The notes beneath the pieces were generated by a model. It did not search any database and was not told the DNA's origin. It saw only the letters and a list, made by a program, of their open reading frames with translations. DNA of 64,000 nt, taken from NCBI GenBank assembly GCA_028693055.1, contig JAQUWD010000008.1, forward strand, positions 5,768 to 69,767. Reading direction: 5' to 3'. Shown here in pieces: positions 39,955 to 47,822 of the stretch. Within the stretch, counting starts at the first letter, position 1. Each line of letters opens with the position of its first letter. A program made the position numbers and the translations under genes. The DNA comes from Eubacteriales bacterium (lineage in GTDB: Bacteria; Bacillota; Clostridia; Christensenellales; Aristaeellaceae).

Positions 39955-39990
39955 AGTGAAGTTGATTTTGAGCAGTGCTTAAAATCACGT

Positions 39991-40067
39991 GGGCTCGTAG
40001 CTCAGCTGGATAGAGTGTTTGACTACGAATCAAAAGGTCGTGGGTTCGAATCCCGCCGGGCTCACCA
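39991..40067 (+). tRNA. tRNA-Arg (anticodon ACG)
   Basis: Hand-folded cloverleaf. Acceptor GGGCTCG/CGGGCTC with two G-U pairs. D-arm GCTC-AGCTGGATA-GAGT. Anticodon stem TTTGA/TCAAA with loop CTACGAA. T-arm GTGGG-TTCGAAT-CCCGC. Encoded CCA. Confidence 0.9.
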
Positions 40068-40117
40068 TGAAGCAATCTTCGGATTGCTTCTTTTTTTGTG
40101 GTTTTTGGGGCAATTTT
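40023..40117 (+). repeat. attL: 95-bp direct repeat (3' part of tRNA-Arg plus terminator)
   Basis: Identical to 62906-63000 except for one T/C difference in the terminator stem. Confidence 0.9.
40069..40097 (+). terminator. Rho-independent terminator after tRNA-Arg
   Basis: GAAGCAATC-TTCG-GATTGCTTC followed by T7. Confidence 0.85.
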
Positions 40118-40304
40118 TGACTTGTATGGTTGATGATGCGACCGTATATTGCATGAATTTTCGCTTTTTGACGCAAGACTGATTCGCACATGGTGACGTC
40201 CGCTCCCTTCGAATTGGGTGAAAAAAAGGGTCAAAATACGCTTTTTCACCGATTATCACGCCCTATTACAGGGCGTCGGGGTTCAAACGGGGTTCAAAAA
40301 GGGG

Positions 40305-41504
40305 TCAGACTCCGTGCCCCGAATCGACCATAAATGGCGGGTTTGAGGACATGGCAGTCGATTCGCTTGTTGAAATTTGCCGACTCATAAAGGCTGCCAG
40401 CCTCAGCGCGTCCTTTTCCTCCCGCTCCTGAGAAAGTTTTGCGTAGACGGACATGATCATCGTGTGGTCCGCATGACCCATCCATGCTTGCAGCGTCTTG
40501 ACCGGAATGCCTGCTTCGTAAGCCTGCATGCAGAAGTCCACGCGGAAATCGTGGCAGCGGATGTTGACTTCCTTCCAAGGCGGCAACTCTTTTCCTTCAG
40601 CAAGCAACGCCTTGTGAGCTTTCGTCTTGCCGTACCAACCTTTCTGGCATCCATTGACCGTCGTTTCCAGATAAGCTAGGTAGGAGTCGTACTTCCGCTT
40701 GAAGGCAGTCTCCATCATCAAGCCGCCATCCTCCTTCGTGCAGAGCAGGCCAGGATGCCCTCTCAGCGCTTCGGCAAGAGGTTCGACAAGCGGAATCTTT
40801 CGCCGTGCAGCACAGGTCTTGCCTGCGGTAACAACAGGCTGGTTTCCACTCGGGAACGAAAGCGCTTCGCGAACGGTCAATGTTCTGGCCTCGAAGTCCA
40901 CATCACGATCCACATTGATGGATAGTGCCTCGCCTCTGCGGAGACCTGCAAACATCATGGTCATCGCCATCAAGCCGAAGTCGTGTCCTTTGTAGGTCGC
41001 AGCGACCAATTCACGCTCCCACGGAGCCAGCGCACGATGTCCCTCGCACTTTTTTGTCTTGGGGCGCTTCACGCCATCCATCGGATTGCGCAGAATCGCG
41101 CCATCTGATACGGCTGTTCGGAACACACCGCGCAGGGTGGTCATGAACTTGCTCACATACGATGTCGAATAGGAGGACATCGTGTTGCACAACGCTTGAA
41201 GATCAGTAGCGGTGATATCTTTGATCATGGCTTTGCCGACATTTTCCGCTGCATAGGTCATCATGTTGAAATATTGCTTCTACTGTGCAGAACCGCAATC
41301 AATTCGGTATACACCAACCCATTGCTGGCTGTAGTCAAGGAATGTGGTGTTCTCCGTGCTGTGGTTGAAACCAAGATGCTCTTGCTTGATCCATTCATCG
41401 CGCTTGCGGAGCGCCTCAGCCTGCGTTTTGCCGTAGAACTGTTTTCCTTGGTACTTGCAGCGGAATCGGTTATCTTCTCGCTACATCAATTTTTGTCGGG
41501 GCAT
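40305..41504 (-). pseudogene. int: Tyrosine recombinase/integrase interrupted by two in-frame TAG codons
   Basis: Catalytic domain with RRGEAL...HDFRVDF...GHADHTMIMSVYAK (R..H-x-x-R..H..Y). The same frame continues upstream to a GGAGG-preceded ATG at 41504 and encodes an AP2-like arm-binding N-terminus (REDNRFRCKYQGKQFYGKTQAEA). It is broken only by TAG at 41481-41483 and 41280-41282. Confidence 0.8.
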
Positions 41505-41657
41505 ATTTATTCCTCCTAAAAATGCCCCATGCTATATCAAAAGATTCAGTTATCAAGGTGCAGGCCCCTGTCAAGGGGTCCATGCTGATGATAGCAGTCT
41601 TTTGTACATGCGGCAATAGTCATTCAGGTTTATGGGCGTTTATTTACACATCATGAA

Positions 41658-41924
41658 TCAAGCAGCGTGTTCTAAGCATTGCCGGTCGATCCAGCGCTGC
41701 AGTCCTTCACGATTGACCAGGATTCTGTTGCCGATACGGAAAGCAGGAAATCCTTCTTGCTTGACAAGATCATAAGCCGTTTTGCGAGAAATGTTCAGCT
41801 CGGTCATCATGGCTTCGACTGTCATGGTCATCGGTGGAAACATGGGGATCGGCTGTTTGCAGGCGGTTGGCTCTTCCTGCGGTGTGGATAAGATCGGGTT
41901 CGGAAGCGCTCTTTTGAACATCAT
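41658..41924 (-). CDS. xis: Excisionase-family (MerR-like) HTH DNA-binding protein
   Basis: MTVEAMMTELNISRKTAYDLVKQEGFPAFRIGNRILVNREGLQRWI. AAGGAG RBS before the ATG at 41924. Confidence 0.75.
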   Translation of the reverse strand: MMFKRALPNPILSTPQEEPTACKQPIPMFPPMTMTVEAMMTELNISRKTAYDLVKQEGFPAFRIGNRILVNREGLQRWIDRQCLEHAA

Positions 41925-41967
41925 ATCAACTCCTTCTTGGGTCGTTTGGTAAATGCGAAGTTTGCCT

Positions 41968-42283
41968 GACAACGAAGTGCCGACAACCAACGCAAAACAT
42001 TTGATTTGATAAATCCGGCTCGGAAAGTAGGTTCTTATTTATTATTGGATCTTTTTGAAAAGTTGGTTGCTTTGGTTGTCAGTGAGCACATGAGCAGAGC
42101 AAAAGCCTGACAGGACAACACTTTGCAAGCATGAAGTCTGACAACCAAGTCGACAACCTACCGGCAACCAACTAGGCAACGAAACGTGTTTTTTTGCGTG
42201 CGAGCAATGTTTGCCACACGTTTCGGCTTACGCATCGCATCACGACGCTAAATCACGAACTTCGTTGTCGACCGTTGGTTGTC
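41968..42283. repeat. Iteron cluster (G/C-R-CAACC) flanking an AT-rich core; candidate island replication origin
   Basis: GACAAC(C)/GGCAAC(C) at 41968, 41982, 42114, 42140, 42152, 42163 and 42175. Inverted copies at 42065, 42074, 42264 and 42277. AT-rich stretch at 42001-42060. Confidence 0.5.
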
Positions 42284-43451
42284 GGGGAATCGCAAACCAT
42301 TCCGCAGGCATTCCCATTTCGTGGGCTTCCTCGTCAGGAATCGGCCATTCCTGTTGCTCCACATGAATATCAGATTCGGGAAGCCTTAATGGTGTGTCCG
42401 CGTCGAGGTCTTTTTCTACGACCCTTTCCCAGCCCTTTTGCCTGCCATATCGAATGCCGAAATTGCGTGGGTTGCTGAATGCCTTCCATTCGTCCCGAAG
42501 CGAATTGCGCATGATGTCGCCGATTTCGCGCAGCTCCCAGCGTTTCGGCTCGTCAAAACGATGCAGCGCTTCTTCAAACAGCTGGCGCGTGCAAACCTTG
42601 TCGCCGTCGTAACGCTCGAGATACTCAATAATTTTTCCGGCTTTCTCGTCTTCGGGCATGCAGTCGCGCTGCACGTTCAGGAGCTGATCGCGGATTGCCT
42701 TATCGAATTTCATGCTGTACTTGCCGCTGTGATAGATTGCCATCGCCTCTGCCCAAACTTGCAGGATGTAAGCACGGGATGCGGCCTCGTCGTCCAGAAT
42801 GTGAACCTCGGGCGGCTCGACCTCCGTCATCACAGGCAAGAAGCGACGATTGCCTGCACGATCCAGTGGCAAAAAATCCATCGAATTGGACGTGCCACCA
42901 AACACGCATTGGCGCGGTCTGTCCTTCGGTTGCGCCTCGTAAGGAGTACGATAGGTGTCCTTCTGCCGAGAGAAGAACGAGCGGCTTTCCTCAACGCTCT
43001 TGGCGTTGTTGGTGGCGAGCATTTCGCTCATTTCGATGATCCAATGCCCCTGCAAGCGCTGGAACACCTTGTCGTCATCCAATCGCCGGATGTCATCGCT
43101 GAACCAGTCGTCGTTGATCGCCAAAAAGCGGAAGAAGGTCGATTTGCCAATGCCTTGACCGCCGACCAAGCAAAGAATTTCCTCATACTTGCAGCCTGGC
43201 TTGAACACGCGCAGAATCGCGCCCAGCAGAAAATGCAAGAGCATGGCCTCGGTGTAATCATCCTCGGCAGCGCCGAGAAAGTGCCGAAGACAGCTACGGA
43301 TGCGAGGCGTACCATCCCAGACGAGCCCCTCTAACACTTCACGAATTGGATGAAAACGATAGTCGCTGGCAACCACCTTGAGCGCACGATCCAGCTTTTT
43401 GTCACTGCCCAGTCCATAATATTTTTCGATGTAGAGGATCAAGTAGTTCAT
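42240..43451 (-). CDS. VirE (virulence-associated protein E)-family P-loop primase/helicase-like protein, probably 5'-truncated
   Basis: Walker A LVGGQGIGKSTFF and Walker B WIIEMSEM. FHPIREVLEGLVWDGTPRI is typical of the family. There is no SD before the ATG at 43451. An SD-preceded ATG lies 39 nt upstream in another frame. Confidence 0.7.
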   Translation of the reverse strand: MNYLILYIEKYYGLGSDKKLDRALKVVASDYRFHPIREVLEGLVWDGTPRIRSCLRHFLGAAEDDYTEAMLLHFLLGAILRVFKPGCKYEEILCLVGGQGIGKSTFFRFLAINDDWFSDDIRRLDDDKVFQRLQGHWIIEMSEMLATNNAKSVEESRSFFSRQKDTYRTPYEAQPKDRPRQCVFGGTSNSMDFLPLDRAGNRRFLPVMTEVEPPEVHILDDEAASRAYILQVWAEAMAIYHSGKYSMKFDKAIRDQLLNVQRDCMPEDEKAGKIIEYLERYDGDKVCTRQLFEEALHRFDEPKRWELREIGDIMRNSLRDEWKAFSNPRNFGIRYGRQKGWERVVEKDLDADTPLRLPESDIHVEQQEWPIPDEEAHEMGMPAEWFAIPRQPTVDNEVRDLAS

Positions 43452-43730
43452 GTCGAGATCGTCAAAGGTACGTTGTCAAATATGCTCATAGATTCTCCTT
43501 TCTCAAAAAAAGGTAAAAGAAAGGACTGCGGATGCCAAAGCATGCTCGCAGCCCATGAGGGGGATGGATCGTCGTTATGCGGAATCATCGGGATCGTGTC
43601 GGTCGTTAGGACGCGGACGATCGCGGGGGCGGTTTGAGCTGCGTATCATAAGAGTCCTCTCTTTCGTTGATGATGAAGGGCAATAAAAAAGACAGTCTGC
43701 ATCAGACTGCCACAGGCTGTCGAAAAACTC

Positions 43731-43873
43731 CCTTAAGAGGGTGTCGGGGGAGCCCGCAGGCTACCCTGACTAAATTCGCATCGACCGGCTTTGCCGGTCG
43801 GGCGGGCAGTTTGCGGCAAAGCCGCAAGCATTACCCGTAACTGGCGAAAAAGCGCGTAGCGCTTTTTTGACAC
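43731..43873 (-). repeat. Third copy (inverted) of the structured repeat element, flanked by 21-bp direct repeats
   Basis: The reverse complement aligns with 37812-37960. GACAGTCTGCATCAGACTGCC occurs at 43691-43711 and 43879-43899. Confidence 0.8.
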
Positions 43874-44304
43874 GCTGAGACAGTCTGCATCAGACTGCCT
43901 TATGGGGAATATATTGGTTTGAGGGACCGAATCAGGAGCAATGCTCACGGTCTACCTTTGACACCATACAGTATAACATCTTTTTGTGTCAACCGCTGTC
44001 TCTTGCTGTCTCTTGTTGTCTCTTTTTCGCAATGACCTTCGAGGAAAGCTGTTCTACCATCTCCGACAGCTTACATTATATCACTGATCAAATGTTTGAT
44101 CTCGTCTCAGAATTTAACTTTTTTTGGCTCAATGAAGGCTACCTACCCGAAGGAGCAAACCATTTCTCGTGCTATCCAACCGCAATCGATTCTGTTTCTT
44201 GCGCATCCCAGACGAATATGCTAAAATGGTTTTGGATAACATATGATCCGTATCAATCAGTTTAAGGCAAATACAGCTAATATATAATCCATTGAGGTGA
44301 TTAT

Positions 44305-44580
44305 ATGGGATTCGTCTGGGAAACACCGGAGGAGATCAATCAAGCTTTGGCAAAGCGACTGGTTCGCATTCGCAAACGGCAGTGTCTCTCACAGCAGCAG
44401 TTGAGTGAAAAAAGCAACGTGAGCTTTGGAAGTATCAAGCGTTTCGAAACAAGCGGACAGATTTCACTGCTGTCATTGACGAAGCTCTGCGTCGCTTTGG
44501 ACTGCGTGAACGAGATCAAGAATCTGTTCACCGATGTTGCGTACAACAGCATCGAGGAGGTTTTCCGTGAAAGAACGTAA
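44305..44580 (+). CDS. hipB: XRE-family HTH antitoxin (HipB-like)
   Basis: HTH LVRIRKRQCLSQQQLSEKSNVSFGSIKRFE. Overlaps the hipA-like start. Confidence 0.75.
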   Translation: MGFVWETPEEINQALAKRLVRIRKRQCLSQQQLSEKSNVSFGSIKRFETSGQISLLSLTKLCVALDCVNEIKNLFTDVAYNSIEEVFRERT

Positions 44581-45688
44581 GTTGGAAGTGTTTATGGAAG
44601 ATCGACACGTTGGGACGTTGGCGGCAACCGACGATCATCGTGTCGCCTTTGCCTACTCCGATGCCTGGCTCGAGAACGGCTTTGCCATCAGTCCATTTTC
44701 TCTGCCGGTGGAGCGAAAAGTGTTCGTCCCATCGGGACAGGCTTTTCATGGCATGTGGGGTGTATTTGACGACAGTTTGCCGGACGCTTGGGGTCAACTG
44801 CTGGTTGACCGTATGCTCAAAAGCCGCGGGCTGGATTACGCCACCCCTTTGGAGCGCCTAGCAATCGTAGGCAACAGCGGCATGGGCGCACTTCGCTATC
44901 ATCCCGCATGGGAGGCGCATCAGGAAGCAGAACCAAGTGATCTGGATGAACTTTCCGCGCAATGTCAAGCATTGCTGAGCCATGCGGATGTTTCCGATTT
45001 AGACGATCTTTTTCAGATGGGCGGAAGCTCCGGCGGTGCTCGTCCGAAGATCATGACCGATTCATGGGTCATCAAATTTCCTGCGTCAGGCGACATGGTG
45101 GATGTGGGATTGATGGAAAAAGAATACATGGATTGCGCCGCGGCGTGCGGGATTATCGTTCCCGAAACGAAGCTCCTTCCTTCCAAGAAATGCAGCGGAT
45201 ATTTCGCTTGCCGTCGGTTTGATCGTGAAGAAGCGGAAGGACGCATAACTGCGCGTCCTATGCTGACAGCAGCCGCCATTTTGGAGACAGACTGGCGCAC
45301 GGTCGCGATGGACTATCATACCCTCATGAAGCTGACGCGCATCCTATCCCGAAGCAACGAAGCGGATCTCCGGCAGATGTACCGCGTGATGTGCTTCAAT
45401 GTGTTCACGCACAACCGAGACGATCACGCGAAGAATTTCAGCTGGATTTATGATCCCCAGCTGGATTGCTGGCATCCGTCGCCTGCCTACGATCTCACAT
45501 GGAGCACTACTTATTTTGGCGAGCATACCACGACCGTTGACGGTAACGGCAAAGACCCCGGGATGAACGAGCTGCTTGCCGTGGGGAAAGTAGCGGGAGT
45601 TGCCCCCAAAGACTGCCGACGGATGGCGGACGAAGTCAAAGAGACGGCAGGTTATCTGGCTGAAAAGTATCAAGGGATGCGTTCATAA
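44567..45688 (+). CDS. hipA: HipA-family serine/threonine kinase toxin (full length, N- and C-terminal domains)
   Basis: N-terminal coupling domain (LEVFMEDRHVGTLA...FAYSDAW), GGSSGGARPK P-loop-like motif, and catalytic NRDDHAKNFS. GAGGAGG RBS before the GTG at 44567. Confidence 0.85.
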   Translation: MKERKLEVFMEDRHVGTLAATDDHRVAFAYSDAWLENGFAISPFSLPVERKVFVPSGQAFHGMWGVFDDSLPDAWGQLLVDRMLKSRGLDYATPLERLAIVGNSGMGALRYHPAWEAHQEAEPSDLDELSAQCQALLSHADVSDLDDLFQMGGSSGGARPKIMTDSWVIKFPASGDMVDVGLMEKEYMDCAAACGIIVPETKLLPSKKCSGYFACRRFDREEAEGRITARPMLTAAAILETDWRTVAMDYHTLMKLTRILSRSNEADLRQMYRVMCFNVFTHNRDDHAKNFSWIYDPQLDCWHPSPAYDLTWSTTYFGEHTTTVDGNGKDPGMNELLAVGKVAGVAPKDCRRMADEVKETAGYLAEKYQGMRS

Positions 45689-46016
45689 GGATTTTCGGTT
45701 CTGCTTGTGATAGAGCGGACTACGGTTCTTCTTTGCATGGCATTCTCACTTTCTACATGATTTCAAAATAGGTAGCCTATTTCGGGCTGCCGTTTGGTTG
45801 GTACTTTTATCGACTCATTTACAGGCAACAAAAATGGGAGGAAGATTTGCTTCCACCCATTTCCAGCTTATAGTATAGCACAAGAAAATTTCTCTTTTTG
45901 CTGCACTTTGGTGTGCACAAGTGCATATAAGTGCATTCATATGGCCAATTTTCGTTGATCATCAGTCGCAGATGCCGTATCATTGCAAAAGAGCCTTGAA
46001 GAAAGGATGATGCCGA

Positions 46017-46457
46017 ATGCCACTAAAGTACGCTGAAGCCCGTAAGTTTCTGGGACAGGTCCAAGAACTTCATAGCAGAATTGACAGAAGCCTGCACCGG
46101 TTTGAGCTCATGGCAGAGCATACAGACAAAATGCGCCGCATGGTCGCCGGAATCGGGATTGAGTATGATTCAAAAAGCTCGCTCGAAAAGTACTCTAATG
46201 AGCTGATGCAACGCAACGATTTACTGTGCGATCAGCTACGTGAAGCGACAAGAGAAATCGAAGAAACGATTCTTGCTGCAACAAGCGGGAGTGTTGCTGA
46301 GATGTTGGAAGAACGTTATCTCTGCTGCCGCTTGATGGAGGAAATTGAAAAGCATTGTCACTGGAGCAGACGATGGGTCATTCGACTCCACATGCAGGGC
46401 TTGGAGGCAGTGCAAAACTATTTGGCAACAAGGAAACAAGATACTAGTGCAACTTGA
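46017..46457 (+). CDS. DUF1492-like / sigma-70 region-4-like putative transcriptional regulator
   Basis: The C-terminal MLEERYLCCRLMEEIEKHCHWSRRWVIRLHMQGLEAV resembles sigma region 4 of phage/island regulators. Confidence 0.5.
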   Translation: MPLKYAEARKFLGQVQELHSRIDRSLHRFELMAEHTDKMRRMVAGIGIEYDSKSSLEKYSNELMQRNDLLCDQLREATREIEETILAATSGSVAEMLEERYLCCRLMEEIEKHCHWSRRWVIRLHMQGLEAVQNYLATRKQDTSAT

Positions 46458-46475
46458 GACATACCATGTTGCCTG

Positions 46476-46733
46476 CTATTCTTCTTCGGTGTGAATGGTC
46501 AACCCTTCAAAAAAGGCATCGAAGGTACAACCGTAGACTTCTTTCAACGCTAGCACCACGCTGATTCGGATGTTGAGCTCACCCGATTCATATTTTTCAT
46601 AAGTGGTACGGCCAATATCGCACCCCAGCATTTGCAGCTTGACACACAGCTTCTCCTGTGACAGCTTGTGTGACAAGCGCATTTTTTTGAGATTTGCACC
46701 CATCCAGCGATCACGACGCAGCTTCTGCTCCAT
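46476..46733 (-). CDS. XRE-family HTH regulator (cI-like, divergent pair)
   Basis: HTH NLKKMRLSHKLSQEKLCVKLQMLGCDIGRTTYEKYESG. RBS GGGTGGTGGG. TAG stop. Confidence 0.75.
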   Translation of the reverse strand: MEQKLRRDRWMGANLKKMRLSHKLSQEKLCVKLQMLGCDIGRTTYEKYESGELNIRISVVLALKEVYGCTFDAFFEGLTIHTEEE

Positions 46734-46856
46734 TAGCCCACCACCCTTTCCATAAAATTGACCAGTATTGGTTGCAACTGGCTTCATTTTTGCTATGCTG
46801 GGCAAAATGATTGACCGTTATACTGGTCGAACAATGCAGAGCAATGAGGTGTTATC

Positions 46857-47171
46857 ATGGAAGTAGATTGGCGAGACGTTGGCAGGCGCATTCGCCAGGC
46901 CCGAAAGAAACTTGATTGGACACAAGAATTGCTTGCTGAAAAGGCGGATAGTTCCACTTCATTTCTTGGGCATATCGAACGTGGAACGCACCAAGCCAGT
47001 GCAGATACACTGTATCGCCTTTGCCAACAGCTTCGAATTTCAATGGATTCTCTTTTTCCCACACAAGAAAACAGCTCCAATCCTTCTCTTGGAAAGTCAG
47101 AAAGAGAAAAGGCTTTGGAACTGTTGAAGTATGCGATTGAAATAGCGACAAATGATGAAATGACTCATTAG
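46857..47171 (+). CDS. XRE-family HTH regulator (Cro-like, divergent pair)
   Basis: HTH IRQARKKLDWTQELLAEKADSSTSFLGHIERG. TAG stop. Confidence 0.75.
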   Translation: MEVDWRDVGRRIRQARKKLDWTQELLAEKADSSTSFLGHIERGTHQASADTLYRLCQQLRISMDSLFPTQENSSNPSLGKSEREKALELLKYAIEIATNDEMTH

Positions 47172-47220
47172 GCATGGAAATCAACCTTGCAACCACGACG
47201 AAACTCTTGGATCCACTACG

Positions 47221-47697
47221 TCACATCACCAGTTGATTGGTCTTGCGCAGCGCCTTGGCGGGAATGGCTTCCTTGAGCTTGAGCAGAATGTTCATGGGCC
47301 GCTCGCCTGTGTGGCTGACATACGCCGCTTCGCCAAAGAACGTATACGGGCTGGCTCCGTAGCCCTTCTCCTGCTTGTATTCACGAACGAACAGCAAGAT
47401 GCGCGTGCCCATTTCCGCATGGTGGATGTAACGCCGACCTGTGGCGCTGTCCGCCGACGTGGTGGACTGGCTCTGCCAATGAAACAGCGTGGAGCTGACG
47501 GAATAATCGTTGTACATGGTCGTGGGCGAATAATCCTTGTCGGCCTTGTTCAGCGTCACGAAGAACACGTCCGTCTTTTGCTCCGGCAGCCATTTCACGC
47601 CTTCACGAACGGTGGACGGCTTCATGAAATCCAGCGCCACCAAGGCTTGATCGCGGGTGTAGGTGCAATGCACATCCAGCGGACACGCCCCGCCCAA
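47221..47697 (-). pseudogene. C-terminal remnant of a DUF3427-containing (helicase/nuclease-associated) protein
   Basis: VREGVKWLPEQKTDVFFVTLNKADKDYSPTTMYNDYSVSSTLFHWQSQSTTS...LLFVREYK matches the DUF3427 core. That domain normally sits at the end of ~900-1000-aa proteins, and no upstream helicase part is present. Confidence 0.6.
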
Positions 47698-47822
47698 CGG
47701 TATGACAGCGTCCGCTCCGCATTGAATGAGTTTGCAGATAGCCTTTCTACCGACGAAAAGCTATTGATTCTTGCGAACCTGATGCTCCATGTGAACGAGT
47801 GAACAAGAGAGGAGGAAATACG

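Noticed and set aside
41280-41483. TAG reassignment or alternative genetic code as the explanation for the integrase amber codons
   Set aside because: Two island genes (46476-46733 and 46857-47171) appear to terminate properly at TAG, and no suppressor tRNA or pyl genes are visible in the window. The absence of TAG stops among ~35 chromosomal genes here is compatible with ordinary TAG rarity in G+C-rich Firmicutes. Left only as a low-probability alternative under the integrase finding.
43984-44265. 93-aa ORF upstream of hipB
   Set aside because: It has a non-ATG start, no RBS, a Cys/Phe/Ser-rich composition and AT-rich intergenic-like sequence. Evidence for coding is insufficient.
47233-47802. 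189-aa plus-strand ORF immediately upstream of the desulfurase gene, as a possible first gene of the operon
   Set aside because: It is antisense to the DUF3427 remnant, whose motif match is convincing. It has an Arg/Gly/His-rich shadow-ORF composition and no RBS.
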